DNA of 46,635 nt, from assembly GCA_965652935.1 (NCBI GenBank), contig CBFGXU010000001.1, positions 1 through 46,635 of the forward strand. The letters run 5' to 3'. The DNA comes from an uncultured Nitrosomonas sp. (lineage in GTDB: Bacteria > Pseudomonadota > Gammaproteobacteria > Burkholderiales > Nitrosomonadaceae). The notes below the pieces were generated by a model. It saw only the letters and a list, made by a program, of their open reading frames with translations. It was not told where the DNA came from and made no database searches. Positions 30,371 through 41,263 of the stretch are shown in pieces. How positions within the stretch are numbered: the first letter of the stretch is position 1; the number at the start of each line of letters is the position of its first letter. The position numbers were made by a program, and so were the translations under genes.

Positions 30371-31003
30371 GTGGCCCAATTTTTTTCCATTCATACCACC
30401 ACGCCGCATTTACGCCTGATCAGGCAAGCCGCTACCATTGTACGCAACGGCGGGGTCATCGTTTACCCGACAGATTCCTGCTATGCCCTGGGTTGCCATA
30501 TCGGTGACAAAGCCGCGATAGAGCGTATCCGCGCCATCCGGCAACTCGATGACCAGCATCATTTCACGCTGGTGTGCCGGAGTCTGGCGGAAATCTCCAC
30601 CTATGCCAGAGTAAACAATAGTCAGTATCGGTTGCTCAAATCAACCACGCCCGGTAGCTATACGTTTATCTTGCAGGCAACCCGCGAAGTTCCACGCCGC
30701 TTGCAGCATCCCAAACGCAATACGATTGGATTGCGCATTCCTGACCATTCCGTTGTGCTGGCATTATTGGAAGAACTTGATGAACCGTTACTCAGCACCA
30801 CGCTGAAATTGCCGGGAGATGAATTGCCGCTGACTGATGCGGAGGAAATCCGTGAACGTCTGGAACATCAAGTGGATTTAGTGATGGATGGCGGTCACTG
30901 CGGTATAGAAATGACCACCGTGATCGATTTAACGGATGAGGCCCCCAAATTGATCCGGAAAGGCAAAGGCAGCCTAGAACCCTTTGGGATTAATCATGGA
31001 TGA
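30371..31003 (+). CDS. yciO: YciO/Sua5-family L-threonylcarbamoyladenylate synthase paralog
   Basis: YPTDSCYALGC, PGSYTFIL, TIGLRIP. Confidence 0.88.
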   Translation: MAQFFSIHTTTPHLRLIRQAATIVRNGGVIVYPTDSCYALGCHIGDKAAIERIRAIRQLDDQHHFTLVCRSLAEISTYARVNNSQYRLLKSTTPGSYTFILQATREVPRRLQHPKRNTIGLRIPDHSVVLALLEELDEPLLSTTLKLPGDELPLTDAEEIRERLEHQVDLVMDGGHCGIEMTTVIDLTDEAPKLIRKGKGSLEPFGINHG

Positions 31004-31661
31004 TATCATTCAAGGCATTGCAATTTATGCCTTACCGGTCATTTTTGCCATCACCATGCATGAAGCAGCGCATGGCTATATTGCTAAGCATTTTGGCGAT
31101 CTCACCGCCCATCAGGAAGGGCGCATCAGCCTCAATCCGATGCGGCACATTGACCTCGTCGGTACGGTCCTGGTACCTCTGACATTGTTCGTTCTCAGCA
31201 AATTAACCGTCGGCGCAGGGTTCTTATTCGGCTGGGCCAAACCGGTGCCGGTTAATTTTTCCAATCTGCGCCATCCCAAACGCGACATGTTATGGGTAGC
31301 AGCAGCCGGACCTGGCGCTAACCTGTTGATGGCTTTTTTCTGGGCTCTAATGATCAAACTGGCCATTTTCATGCCCGACAGCAGTTTCGCAAAACCACTG
31401 GCGTTGATGGGCGTTGCAGGGATCGAAATCAATGTCATCCTGATGGTGCTTAACTTGCTGCCGCTGCCACCACTGGATGGCGGCCGGATGGCTGTCAGTT
31501 TGCTGCCGCACCGTCTGGCTTATCAGTTTTCCCGCATTGAACCTTACGGCTTTATGATATTACTGGTATTGTTATTCAGCGGTATGCTGGGCGCCGTAAT
31601 CGGACCTGCCATTACCTGGACTAAAATAATCATCGTGTCAATGTTTGGGTTATATGTTTAA
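30996..31661 (+). CDS. Site-2 protease (M50)
   Basis: HEAAH, GWAKPVP, NLLPLPPLDG; ATG at 30996 overlaps the yciO end. Confidence 0.9.
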   Translation: MDDIIQGIAIYALPVIFAITMHEAAHGYIAKHFGDLTAHQEGRISLNPMRHIDLVGTVLVPLTLFVLSKLTVGAGFLFGWAKPVPVNFSNLRHPKRDMLWVAAAGPGANLLMAFFWALMIKLAIFMPDSSFAKPLALMGVAGIEINVILMVLNLLPLPPLDGGRMAVSLLPHRLAYQFSRIEPYGFMILLVLLFSGMLGAVIGPAITWTKIIIVSMFGLYV

Positions 31662-31687
31662 CAACGTTGTAAATTTAGGAAATCAAT

Positions 31688-32890
31688 ATGTTTGCTGATC
31701 GCGTTTTATCAGGCATGCGCCCCACTGGCGGCCTGCATTTAGGACATTATCACGGCGTATTAAAAAATTGGGTGAAGTTGCAGCAGCAATATGACTGCCT
31801 GTTTTTTGTCGCAGATTGGCATGCACTGACGACCCATTACGGAACACCGGAAATTATCGAACAAAATGCCTGGGATATGGTGATTGACTGGTTGGCTGCG
31901 GGTGTTGACCCATCGCAGGCGACTTTATTCATTCAATCCAAAGTACCTGCTCACGCCGAACTGTATTTATTGTTGTCGATGATGACACCGCTCGGTTGGC
32001 TGGAACGCGTACCCACCTACAAAGATCAGCAGGAAAAGCTATCCGAGAAAGATCTCAGCACTTATGGCTTTCTCGGCTATCCGCTGCTGCAAAGCGCCGA
32101 CATTCTGATTTACCGCGCAAACCTGGTTCCCGTTGGAGAAGATCAAGCACCGCATTTGGAATTTACCCGCGAAATCGCACGTCGCTTCAATCATATTTAT
32201 GGCAAAGAACCCGGCTTTGAGGAAAAAGCTGAGCTAGCCATCAAGAAACTCGGATCAAGAAAATCAAAACTATATACGGAGTTACGCACACTGTATCAAG
32301 AGCAGGGCGATGAAAGCGCACTGGAGAAAGCCCGATCGTTGTTGGATGAACAACAGAATCTCAGCCTCGGTGACCAGGAACGCTTATTCGGCTATCTGGA
32401 AGGCGGCGGTAAAATGATTCTGGTCGAACCTGAAACCCTGCTTACCGAAGCATCCAAAATGCCCGGGCTGGATGGTCAGAAAATGTCCAAGTCCTATCAC
32501 AACACCATCAGTCTGCGGGAACATCCTGACAATATTAGCAAAAAAATCCGTACCATGCCCACGGATCCGGCACGGGTACGGCGCAGCGATCCAGGTGACC
32601 CAGCCAAATGCCCGGTATGGCAATTCCATCTGGTTTATTCTGATGATAAAACCCGCGAATGGGTACAATGGGGCTGCACGACTGCCGGCATCGGTTGTCT
32701 GGAATGCAAATCGCCTGTCATCGACATGATTCTCGCCGAACAAGCCCCCATGGTTGAGCGCATCAGGGAGTATGAAGAAGACCCGACACTGGTACGCAAC
32801 ATCATTGCAGACGGTTGCGAGAGAGCCAACAAGCTGGCAGAAGAAACCATGCGCGATATCCGCGAGGCCATGGGACTCAGTTATTCCTGA
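31688..32890 (+). CDS. trpS: Tryptophan--tRNA ligase
   Basis: SGMRPTG.LHLGH, YPLLQSADI, VPVGEDQ, KMSKS. Confidence 0.96.
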   Translation: MFADRVLSGMRPTGGLHLGHYHGVLKNWVKLQQQYDCLFFVADWHALTTHYGTPEIIEQNAWDMVIDWLAAGVDPSQATLFIQSKVPAHAELYLLLSMMTPLGWLERVPTYKDQQEKLSEKDLSTYGFLGYPLLQSADILIYRANLVPVGEDQAPHLEFTREIARRFNHIYGKEPGFEEKAELAIKKLGSRKSKLYTELRTLYQEQGDESALEKARSLLDEQQNLSLGDQERLFGYLEGGGKMILVEPETLLTEASKMPGLDGQKMSKSYHNTISLREHPDNISKKIRTMPTDPARVRRSDPGDPAKCPVWQFHLVYSDDKTREWVQWGCTTAGIGCLECKSPVIDMILAEQAPMVERIREYEEDPTLVRNIIADGCERANKLAEETMRDIREAMGLSYS

Positions 32891-32905
32891 CCTAAATCGT
32901 TGGTA

Positions 32906-33739
32906 ATGGAGCCAGAACCCGATGAGCCATTAACACCAGTGAATTCAGCAATTGATTCTGTTGATCCACATCCGATAGCAAAAGTCTGCGGCAAGCCCTT
33001 GCTGGAAATTCCGCAGGATTTGTATATTCCCCCTGATGCGCTTGAAGTTTTCCTGGATACTTTTCAAGGTCCGCTAGATTTGTTGTTGTATCTGATCCGC
33101 AAGCACAACCTGAGTATTCTGGATATTCCAATGGCCGAGCTCACGCAACAATATATGACTTATGTTGAAATAATGCGCGCTGATCAACTGGAATTAGCCG
33201 CAGAATACCTGCTGATGACCGCACTATTGATTGAAATCAAATCGCGCATGCTGCTGCCCAGTCCCAAGACCGAAACAGAAGAAGAGCACGACCCGCGCGC
33301 CGAACTGGTACGACGCCTCCTCGAGTACGAGCAGATGAAAAAAGCCTCGGTGCGCCTTAATGAATTACCGCAGGCTGAGCGTGAATTCAGTATTGTGCGG
33401 CTGTGGATCGATCAAAAAATCGCTGAACAATTACCCACTGTCAGCATGGAAGACCTACAGCATGCCTGGATGGCTATTTTGGAACGAGCCAAAGTCAACC
33501 GTCATCATCAAGTCAAGCGCGAGATTCTTTCCGTGCGCATTTATATGAGCCAGGTTTTGCGCGATCTGCGCGAGCAGGAACAAGTGGAGTTTTATGACTT
33601 GTTCAGCCCCTCAGCGACTGTTGCTGAGGTCGTTGCCACCTTTCTGGCAATCCTGGAACTGGCCAAGGAATTGTTGATAGAAATTTCTCAGTCGCAAGCT
33701 TTTGGAATGATTTATGTCCGCGCCGTCAACGCCACTTAG
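32906..33739 (+). CDS. scpA: Segregation and condensation protein A
   Basis: FQGPLDLLLYLI, IEIKSRMLLP, TFLAILEL; exact start uncertain. Confidence 0.92.
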   Translation: MEPEPDEPLTPVNSAIDSVDPHPIAKVCGKPLLEIPQDLYIPPDALEVFLDTFQGPLDLLLYLIRKHNLSILDIPMAELTQQYMTYVEIMRADQLELAAEYLLMTALLIEIKSRMLLPSPKTETEEEHDPRAELVRRLLEYEQMKKASVRLNELPQAEREFSIVRLWIDQKIAEQLPTVSMEDLQHAWMAILERAKVNRHHQVKREILSVRIYMSQVLRDLREQEQVEFYDLFSPSATVAEVVATFLAILELAKELLIEISQSQAFGMIYVRAVNAT

Positions 33740-33747
33740 CCAACCTG

Positions 33748-34332
33748 ATGCAGCTCACCCCTGAGAAAGTCAAGCAAATTCTCGAAGCAGCCTTGCTGAC
33801 GACGCAGGAGCCCTTGCCTGTCAGCGAACTGAGAAAATTATTCAATCATGAATTAAGCGCTGTACTGCTTTCCAATTTGCTGGAAGAAATCCGTCAGAAA
33901 TGGTCTGATAGCGGCGTAGAACTGGTTACCGTTGCCAGCGGCTGGCGTTTTCAGACCAAAGCTGAGATGCAGCCATACTTGGATCGCTTGACACCACAAA
34001 AAGCGCCCCGTTATTCGCGCGCGGTTCTGGAAACCCTCGCCATTATCGCTTACCGGCAGCCCGTGACACGCGGTGACATCGAAGAAATTCGTGGTGTCAG
34101 TGTATCCAGTTCGGTGCTCAAAACACTCACTGTTCGGGGCTGGATTGAGGCGGTTGGACACCGGAATGTCCCCGGAAAACCGGCACTGTTTGCCACCACG
34201 GCGCATTTTCTGGATGATCTGAACCTGCGCTCGCTGGAAGAGCTCCCGCCACTGGAAGAGATGAAATCTCTGATCGAATCCAATGACAAGAATCAGGATT
34301 TGCCTTTGGAAAAACCGGAAGCAGATCACTGA
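33748..34332 (+). CDS. scpB: Segregation and condensation protein B
   Basis: ETLAIIAYRQPVTRGDIEEIRGV, PGKPALFATT. Confidence 0.94.
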   Translation: MQLTPEKVKQILEAALLTTQEPLPVSELRKLFNHELSAVLLSNLLEEIRQKWSDSGVELVTVASGWRFQTKAEMQPYLDRLTPQKAPRYSRAVLETLAIIAYRQPVTRGDIEEIRGVSVSSSVLKTLTVRGWIEAVGHRNVPGKPALFATTAHFLDDLNLRSLEELPPLEEMKSLIESNDKNQDLPLEKPEADH

Positions 34333-34354
34333 ATCTCAGACTTACTTTGTCCGG

Positions 34355-35185
34355 TTAGAGCGCTTTGGCAGCCCGTTGGATCTCGATCAGCTCCGGCGTC
34401 AGATGCGGCGCGATCACTTGCAGCAACGTCCCAAATATTTTAGGGTTGCCCGCCACGATCTGCCCGCTTTGCAAGTATGTCTCATTGCCTTGCAGATCAC
34501 CGACCAATCCACCTGCTTCGGTTATCAGCAGACAACCGGCGGCCATGTCCCACGGCGCCAGACCGATTTCCCAGAAACCATCATAGCGCCCTGCCGCCAC
34601 ATACGCCAGATCCAATGCAGCAGAACCTGGCCGCCGTATCCCCGCGGTACGCGGAACAATGTCTTTAAACATGGCAAAGTAAGCATCCATATGTGTCAAA
34701 TCACGGAATGGGAACCCGGTGCCGATCAAGCAATCCTCAAATCGCGTGCGCTTACTGACCCGAATCCGGTGATCATTCAAATAAGCGCCTCCGCCCCGGC
34801 TCGCCGTAAATAGTTCATTATTGGTTGGGTCATAAACCACGGCATGAGTCAGCGCGCTCTTGTGCCTGACTGCAATGGAAACCGAATACTTGGGAAAGCC
34901 ATGCAGAAAATTGGTGGTGCCATCGAGTGGATCAATGATCCATTGATACTCGGATTTTTTGGGATCACCCTGGCGGCCGCTTTCTTCCGCCAGAATCGCG
35001 TGATCGGGATAAGCCGTTAGTAAGACCTTGATAATGGCTTCTTCAGCCGCGCCATCCACTTCACTCACATAATCACTGTGCGATTTCTTCGATACGTTAA
35101 GTAAATCCAGATTTTGTGACGCCTGATTAATAATTTTTCCGGCCTGGCGCGCGGCTTTCACCGCGATGGTTAGCATTGGGTGCAT
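34355..35185 (-). CDS. suhB: Inositol monophosphatase / Nus factor SuhB
   Basis: [28 protein letters not shown]. Confidence 0.94.
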   Translation of the reverse strand: MHPMLTIAVKAARQAGKIINQASQNLDLLNVSKKSHSDYVSEVDGAAEEAIIKVLLTAYPDHAILAEESGRQGDPKKSEYQWIIDPLDGTTNFLHGFPKYSVSIAVRHKSALTHAVVYDPTNNELFTASRGGGAYLNDHRIRVSKRTRFEDCLIGTGFPFRDLTHMDAYFAMFKDIVPRTAGIRRPGSAALDLAYVAAGRYDGFWEIGLAPWDMAAGCLLITEAGGLVGDLQGNETYLQSGQIVAGNPKIFGTLLQVIAPHLTPELIEIQRAAKAL

Positions 35186-35388
35186 GTTATTGATTCAGAA
35201 TTTGCCAAAAAGCGCGATTTTAATATGAATCGATAGGGCATGCTTGCTTTTTGGTCTTGAAAATTGGTTAAAAAATTAAAAACCTAGCTACACGTGCTTA
35301 TTAGCTCATACTCAACGCACCATAGGGTAGATTAGTCCCCCCGGTGAGTGGATATTCAACTGAATTTGGAAATGAGAGAATAATAGCT

Positions 35389-35419
35389 AAAAAAAACACC
35401 TCACTAAAATAGCGAGGTG
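35389..35419 (-). terminator. Rho-independent terminator of the porin gene
   Basis: Minus strand CACCTCGCT-atttt-AGTGAGGTG followed by T8. Confidence 0.8.
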
Positions 35420-35498
35420 CAAGGCTTCGTACGCACTACTATCTTCTGGCTGCGAACGAACAAAGTTACAGAAGAACTACCATTCCTATCTAAAACCT

Positions 35499-36410
35499 CT
35501 AGAAGCCAATTCCAAGATAACCACCCGCCGTCATGCCACTCAAATTAACTCCGTCTGTCCTACCTGCCGTCAATTGATAGCGGCCATCGATACCAACAAA
35601 AAAGTTTTTCCAGATATTGTAATCAACCCCCGCGCCAAACTGAACGCCTGGCACTAAAACCGTAATGGATTCACTGGGTGGGCTCATCACATGAATTCCC
35701 AAGCCTGCAGGAATAATCCAAGGTCTCAGTTTGGAGCCTTCGAAAAATTTGATTTTGGGTGATGCGGTTAAAGTAAACTGACTAACGGTTACATCAAGCG
35801 GATTAAACGCACCGCCGGCCAGCATACTGGGCACGTTACCCACCGCACCGTTACCCAGAACATGAGCGCCGAACTGTTTATACTCAAACATCAGCTCTGC
35901 AAACACCGAAGTTTTTGGCATAAAGCCCCAAACATCACGCGTCAAATTCCAGTCCAGACCTGCACCAACATACCATCCATTTTTATCAGCCTGATCCTGA
36001 GCACCAATCGGTAAAGCCTGATTCTGAATGGTGACGCCATTGCGATGATTCATCATGTGTGTGAAACCACCCCGGAAAAACAGCATATGATGACTTTTCT
36101 GCTCTATGTTTTCTAGCGGAGCGATGCGATTTTCCAAAGCGGTATTAGTCTGCTGAATAGTGTTTACTTTCTGTGCAGTCTGACTGGTGGTTTGTTCGAT
36201 CGTGTTGACCTTTTGCACAGCCCGGGAAGACTCAGATTTTACTTTCTCCAACTCCATTTGAATGGCTTGCAGCTTTTCTTCCAAAAGTTTGATGCGCTGA
36301 GCTGCTGGGTCATGAGCCAAAGCATGAGACGAAGCCATTATAGTAGATATAAAAAATGAGCCAGCAGCAATACAAGAAAATAACTTCCCTCGATTTGAAA
36401 TATTTTTCAC
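35499..36410 (-). CDS. Outer-membrane beta-barrel (OmpW-like) with N-terminal coiled coil
   Basis: GTG start with AGGAG; signal peptide ending ALA; coiled coil; alternating beta strands; C-terminal GYLGIGF. Confidence 0.8.
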   Translation of the reverse strand: MKNISNRGKLFSCIAAGSFFISTIMASSHALAHDPAAQRIKLLEEKLQAIQMELEKVKSESSRAVQKVNTIEQTTSQTAQKVNTIQQTNTALENRIAPLENIEQKSHHMLFFRGGFTHMMNHRNGVTIQNQALPIGAQDQADKNGWYVGAGLDWNLTRDVWGFMPKTSVFAELMFEYKQFGAHVLGNGAVGNVPSMLAGGAFNPLDVTVSQFTLTASPKIKFFEGSKLRPWIIPAGLGIHVMSPPSESITVLVPGVQFGAGVDYNIWKNFFVGIDGRYQLTAGRTDGVNLSGMTAGGYLGIGF

Positions 36411-36463
36411 GTGGTTCTCCTTTTATATTTGTTTTTTTAGAAACTTGTTATCAGAAAAACCAC

Positions 36464-36505
36464 ATACTAAATAAACGTTAAAATAGAAGTCTTGATCTGT
36501 ATCAA
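36464..36505 (-). promoter_or_regulatory. Class II FNR/DNR-type promoter for the porin
   Basis: Perfect TTGAT-ctgt-ATCAA (36492-36505). The -10-like TAGTAT (36469-36464) puts the box centre at -41.5. Confidence 0.75.
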
Positions 36506-36539
36506 TTAATATCAATCAATATTCATTTTTGAAGATGTT

Positions 36540-37238
36540 ATGATTAGGCACATTAAATCTTGTTCTTCTTTTCCGCCATTAGAGAACGCTCTCGCTGAAC
36601 CCAACGGCTTATTGGCCATTGGTGGCGATTTTTCGCCACAGCGTTTACTAGAAGCCTACAGTAAGGGAATTTTTCCGTGGTTTAATGAAGGCGAACCGAT
36701 ACTTTGGTGGAGTCCGAATCCGCGCATGGTGCTGTTTCCTGATGAATTAAAAGTTTCTCGCTCTTTACGCAAGACACTTAAAAAAAATCGTTATCAGATC
36801 CGTACCGATTACAGTTTTAGCCAGGTCATGCAGGCCTGTGCCTCGCCGCGTAAAGGACAAGCTGGAACCTGGATACATCCCCAGATGATCGCTGCTTATA
36901 CCACCCTGCATGAAATGGGGCTGGCGCATTCTATCGAAACCTGGGTAGATGATGTGCTCGTTGGTGGACTTTATGGGGTATCATTGGGTAAAGTATTTTT
37001 TGGTGAATCGATGTTTTCGCGCGTATCCGATGCCTCGAAAATTGCCTTGGTGCACCTGGTCATGCAGTTACAATATTGGGAATTTGGTTTGATTGATTGC
37101 CAAGTTAGAACCGATCATCTGGCATCTTTGGGAGCACGGGAAATTTCCCGAGCGGAATTCAGTCAAAGGTTAAATAGGTTGATAACTGGATCAGAACCCA
37201 GCAGCAAATGGAATTTTGACCGTATTTTGATCGAATAA
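36540..37238 (+). CDS. aat: Leucyl/phenylalanyl-tRNA--protein transferase
   Basis: GIFPWF, WWSPNPR, GGLYGV, FFGESMFS, DASKIAL. Confidence 0.95.
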   Translation: MIRHIKSCSSFPPLENALAEPNGLLAIGGDFSPQRLLEAYSKGIFPWFNEGEPILWWSPNPRMVLFPDELKVSRSLRKTLKKNRYQIRTDYSFSQVMQACASPRKGQAGTWIHPQMIAAYTTLHEMGLAHSIETWVDDVLVGGLYGVSLGKVFFGESMFSRVSDASKIALVHLVMQLQYWEFGLIDCQVRTDHLASLGAREISRAEFSQRLNRLITGSEPSSKWNFDRILIE

Positions 37239-37250
37239 TGAGCAATAGCC

Positions 37251-37958
37251 GTGCTTAAATTTCATACGACCAACCCCTATTCATGTAGTTACATATCCGG
37301 TAAATTGGCATCCTCTGAGGTAGCGATGCCAGAACACCTCATTGATACCCAGACTTATGCAAAATTGATACAGGCCGGGTTTCGTCGCAGCGGTCATTAT
37401 ACTTATCGCCCTAATTGTACGCATTGCCATGCCTGCCTGCCGGTGCGCATTGACGTCAAGGCCTTCACGCCCAAACGCGCCCAGCGCCGTGCCTGGAAAC
37501 AGCATCAGCACTTGATAGCAACACAGCATGCGCTTCATTATAAGCCTCCTCATTATGCACTCTATCAGCGGTATCAGATGCAACGCCATTCAGGCGGCGG
37601 GATGGACCGTGATTGCCGCGAGCAATATCAGAACTTTTTATTACAGAGTCATGTGAATTCCAGGCTGGTTGAATTTCATGATCAGGAGCAGTTGCGCATG
37701 GTGAGTATCATTGATGTGCTGCCAGATGGACTTTCATCCGTCTATACTTTTTATGACGCAGAAATCGCTCATGCAAGTTTTGGCACTTATAACATCCTGT
37801 GGCAGATTGAATGGTGTCGGGAACTGGGGTTGAACTATCTTTATTTGGGCTATTGGATTAAAGAGAGTCGAAAAATGCGCTATAAAGTCAATTTCCAACC
37901 GTTGGAAGTTCTACTGGACGGTCAGTGGCAATTGCTGGACAGCAGCAGTTTTTCATAG
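37251..37958 (+). CDS. bpt: Asp/Glu-specific aminoacyl-tRNA--protein transferase (ATE/Bpt)
   Basis: CSY, GFRRSG, YRPNCxxCxAC, [15 protein letters not shown]. Confidence 0.88.
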   Translation: MLKFHTTNPYSCSYISGKLASSEVAMPEHLIDTQTYAKLIQAGFRRSGHYTYRPNCTHCHACLPVRIDVKAFTPKRAQRRAWKQHQHLIATQHALHYKPPHYALYQRYQMQRHSGGGMDRDCREQYQNFLLQSHVNSRLVEFHDQEQLRMVSIIDVLPDGLSSVYTFYDAEIAHASFGTYNILWQIEWCRELGLNYLYLGYWIKESRKMRYKVNFQPLEVLLDGQWQLLDSSSFS

Positions 37959-37999
37959 CGCCTATTCAAATCGGCAATTGGTTCAGGATAAAATTCCGT

Positions 38000-39037
38000 A
38001 TGTTCTATACACTTCTTCGTCCGCTGCTTTTTAAACTTGATCCAGAATTCGCTCATCGTATTACTTTCTCTGCCCTGGAGAATGCCAGAAAATGTGGATT
38101 ATTTGAAAGCGTTTCAATTCCTTGCCAGACACGCACCATCATGGGTTTGGATTTTCCCAATCCTGTCGGGCTTGCCGCCGGATTGGACAAGAATGGCGAA
38201 CATTTGGATTCACTCGCTGCGCTGGGATTTGGTTTTCTTGAAATTGGCACAGTGACACCACGGCCCCAACCAGGTAATCCAGCGCCTCGCATCTTTCGTG
38301 TGCCGCAGGCAAATGCCATGATCAACCGGTTGGGTTTTAACAACCATGGCGTGGATCGATTGATAGAAAATATTCAATGTTCGGATTATCAAGGCATACT
38401 GGGCATTAATATCGGCAAGAATTTTGATACGCCGCTTGAGAAAGCAGCCGATGATTATCTCATCGGTTTACGGAAAGTTTATCGCTACGCCAGTTATGTG
38501 ACGGTAAATATTTCATCACCGAACACGCAAAATTTGCGTCAATTGCAAACTGCTGATGCACTCAACCAGTTGCTGGGCCAATTAAAATCCGAGCAATCAA
38601 AACTGGCACAAGCACATGGAAAATATGTCCCTCTGGTGGTAAAAATAGCACCCGATCTTGAAACGGCGCAAATTGAATCAATCGCTGCATTGCTGATGCA
38701 GCATCAAATGGATGGGGTGATAGCAACCAATACCACGATTTCAAGGCTGGGCATTGAGCACCTGCCGATAGCGCGGGAAAGCGGCGGGTTGAGCGGCGCT
38801 CCGCTGACACAGCGTGCCACTGCAATTATTCATCAACTGCATCACCTGCTGCAAGGCGCCATTCCCATTATCGGCGTCGGCGGCATCATGTCGGAGAATG
38901 ATGCCCAGGATAAATTGAAAGCCGGTGCCAGCCTGATACAGCTATATACGGGTTTGATTTATCATGGTCCGGATTTAGTCAAAAAAATTGCACAGGTTAT
39001 TTGCAGTGATCAATCACAACATTCCTTAGCCCATTAG
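38000..39037 (+). CDS. pyrD: Quinone-dependent dihydroorotate dehydrogenase
   Basis: [38 protein letters not shown]; start at the ATG at 38000. Confidence 0.95.
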   Translation: MFYTLLRPLLFKLDPEFAHRITFSALENARKCGLFESVSIPCQTRTIMGLDFPNPVGLAAGLDKNGEHLDSLAALGFGFLEIGTVTPRPQPGNPAPRIFRVPQANAMINRLGFNNHGVDRLIENIQCSDYQGILGINIGKNFDTPLEKAADDYLIGLRKVYRYASYVTVNISSPNTQNLRQLQTADALNQLLGQLKSEQSKLAQAHGKYVPLVVKIAPDLETAQIESIAALLMQHQMDGVIATNTTISRLGIEHLPIARESGGLSGAPLTQRATAIIHQLHHLLQGAIPIIGVGGIMSENDAQDKLKAGASLIQLYTGLIYHGPDLVKKIAQVICSDQSQHSLAH

Positions 39038-39051
39038 AAGCAAGAAATTGC

Positions 39052-39744
39052 ATGAGTCAGCAGCTGATAGAACAAATAGATGCCGTTTTGCCGCAAACCC
39101 AATGTGGAAAATGCGGTTTCACCGCATGCAGACCCTATGCGGAAGCTATTGCAGAGGGCCGTGCTGATATCAATCAATGCCCACCCGGTGATGTGGAAGG
39201 TATCCAAAAACTAGCGGAATTATTGGGCGTGCAACCCAAGCCGCTGAATACCTCGCATGGTTTTCCCAAACCCAAAGCTGTCGCCTGGATTGATGAGCGT
39301 TTCTGCATCGGTTGCACGTTTTGTCTCCAATCTTGTCCTGTCGATGCGATTGTCGGTGCAGCCAAACAAATGCATACCGTGATTGCAGCAGAATGCACAG
39401 GGTGTGAATTATGCATTGCTCCTTGTCCGATGGATTGTATCAGCCTGATCCCGGTCGATGAGAAAGTGAATGACTCATCAAATTTACCAGCCGATATCAT
39501 TAAAAAACAAGCTGCAGATACCGCACGTTCACGTTACCAGTTTAGGCAACTACGGCTTGGACGAGATAAACAAGTCAACAAAAAATCACCCAGACACAAA
39601 AATACCGCGCAGCCTGAAACAGCCAGAACAGCAGCGGAAGCACGCAAAAGGGCAATTGTTCAGGCAGCGATAAATCGGGCGATAGCTATCCGCACCCAAG
39701 CAGTTGAAACCAATTCATCCATAGAAACTCATGAACTCAGCTAA
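39052..39744 (+). CDS. rnfB: RnfB/RsxB Fe-S protein
   Basis: [14 protein letters not shown], two CxxCxxCxxxCP motifs. Confidence 0.9.
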   Translation: MSQQLIEQIDAVLPQTQCGKCGFTACRPYAEAIAEGRADINQCPPGDVEGIQKLAELLGVQPKPLNTSHGFPKPKAVAWIDERFCIGCTFCLQSCPVDAIVGAAKQMHTVIAAECTGCELCIAPCPMDCISLIPVDEKVNDSSNLPADIIKKQAADTARSRYQFRQLRLGRDKQVNKKSPRHKNTAQPETARTAAEARKRAIVQAAINRAIAIRTQAVETNSSIETHELS

Positions 39745-40363
39745 GCGTCATGAAATTTTTGCTTGCCTGAAGTCAGCGAATCCGCATCCTACTACCGAGC
39801 TGGAGTACCACTCACCTTTTGAGCTGTTGATTGCTGTGATACTTTCAGCACAAGCCACTGACAAAAGCGTTAATCTGGCAACGAGAAAATTATTTCCGCA
39901 GGCCAACACGCCCGAAAAAATTCTCGCCTTGGGCGAAGCGGGTCTGACAGAATTTATCAAGAAAATTGGATTATATAAAACCAAAGCCAAGAATATTTTG
40001 GCAACTTGCCAACTGCTGATACAACAGCATCACAGCGAAGTACCGCGTACGCGAGAACAACTGGAAAAATTACCCGGGGTCGGACGCAAAACGGCTAATG
40101 TCATCCTGAACACAGCTTTTGGCGAACCAACTATCGCGGTGGATACTCATATTTTTCGGGTCGCTAACCGCACCGGTCTTGCACCCGGCAAGAATGTTCT
40201 GGAAGTAGAATTAAAGCTGCTTAAAGTGGTACCCAGAGAGTTCCGCGTGGAAGCGCACCACTGGCTGATTCTGCACGGTCGATACGTTTGCACAGCCAGA
40301 AAGCCAAAATGTGCAGTATGTATCATTAATCATCTATGTGAATATGAACACAAGAATATGTAA
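39731..40363 (+). CDS. nth: Endonuclease III
   Basis: [23 protein letters not shown]-terminal Cys cluster. Confidence 0.96.
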   Translation: MNSAKRHEIFACLKSANPHPTTELEYHSPFELLIAVILSAQATDKSVNLATRKLFPQANTPEKILALGEAGLTEFIKKIGLYKTKAKNILATCQLLIQQHHSEVPRTREQLEKLPGVGRKTANVILNTAFGEPTIAVDTHIFRVANRTGLAPGKNVLEVELKLLKVVPREFRVEAHHWLILHGRYVCTARKPKCAVCIINHLCEYEHKNM

Positions 40364-40368
40364 CTCCC

Positions 40369-40806
40369 ATGTTTAAACCCTCCAGAGAACAGGCACGTCA
40401 ATTGTTTTTTGATACCTGGCGCAAATACCGCGAGGGGGAAATTTTATCTGGTATCGAGACTATTGCGCTCGAAGTGATACTGCTGCACCCGGAATATCAT
40501 GGCATTCTTGAAGATGCCGACCAGTATCTGGATAAGGATTATTTACCTGAGATGGGCGATACCAATCCATTCTTGCATATGAGCATGCATGTGGCAATAA
40601 AAGAGCAGCTGTCCATTAATCAGCCGATCGGAATTTGTGAGCGATTCGCGCGCATGCAAAAAAATACAGGGAGTGAGCATGCTGCTGCACATCAGGTGAT
40701 GGAATGTCTGGCGGAAATGATATGGCAAGCTCAGCGTAATCAATCTGCTCCGGATGCTGCCATTTACTTTGAATGCCTGGACAGGCAGTCAAACGCAATA
40801 AATTAA
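40369..40806 (+). CDS. DUF1841 family protein
   Basis: HPEYH, TNPFLHMSMH, EQLSINQP.GI. Confidence 0.85.
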   Translation: MFKPSREQARQLFFDTWRKYREGEILSGIETIALEVILLHPEYHGILEDADQYLDKDYLPEMGDTNPFLHMSMHVAIKEQLSINQPIGICERFARMQKNTGSEHAAAHQVMECLAEMIWQAQRNQSAPDAAIYFECLDRQSNAIN

Positions 40807-40824
40807 TGCCACGCCAAATAAGAC

Positions 40825-40852
40825 AAACGCCGACTTTAAGTCGGCGTTTTTG
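40825..40852. terminator. Terminator between convergent operons
   Basis: AAACGCCGACT...AGTCGGCGTTT followed by T residues. Confidence 0.8.
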
Positions 40853-40905
40853 TTCTGTTATTCGATTACTTATAAGCTGTCTTATCTTAAGCTGGTCTTA
40901 TCTTT

Positions 40906-41235
40906 TTATCTTTTTGAATTTAAGGTACCTGGCAGGCTTGAATAATAAAAGGCTAAGTTTTCAATATCTGCAGGGCTTAAACCCGCAACCATTCCAGCCA
41001 TAATAGGATCATTCCGGCTACCCGATTTGTAATCTTTCAATGCTTTTTCCAGGTAAGTTCTATATTGTCCGCCAATCTTTGGAAAATTGGGTGCAGGGCT
41101 ATTGCCATCAACACCATGACATGAGGCACAAACTTCAGCTGCTTTATTTTTACCCGCTTCAATATCAGCAGCCATCACTTGACTGGATAACATCAAAGCT
41201 GCACCGCTCAAAGCGGCTATTACATAATTCTTCAT
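40906..41235 (-). CDS. Monoheme cytochrome c (c553/c4-like)
   Basis: Signal peptide, CASCH, PKIGGQ, axial Met. Confidence 0.92.
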   Translation of the reverse strand: MKNYVIAALSGAALMLSSQVMAADIEAGKNKAAEVCASCHGVDGNSPAPNFPKIGGQYRTYLEKALKDYKSGSRNDPIMAGMVAGLSPADIENLAFYYSSLPGTLNSKR

Positions 41236-41263
41236 AATTCGTTCCTTGCATTAAATCACTTAA

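Noticed and set aside
32190-32420. Insertion in TrpS
   Set aside because: Long ~400-aa TrpS forms are usual in Betaproteobacteria; no intein or intron signatures.
39052-40363. rnfB without rnfACDEG
   Set aside because: The stand-alone rnfB-nth pairing is a common arrangement.
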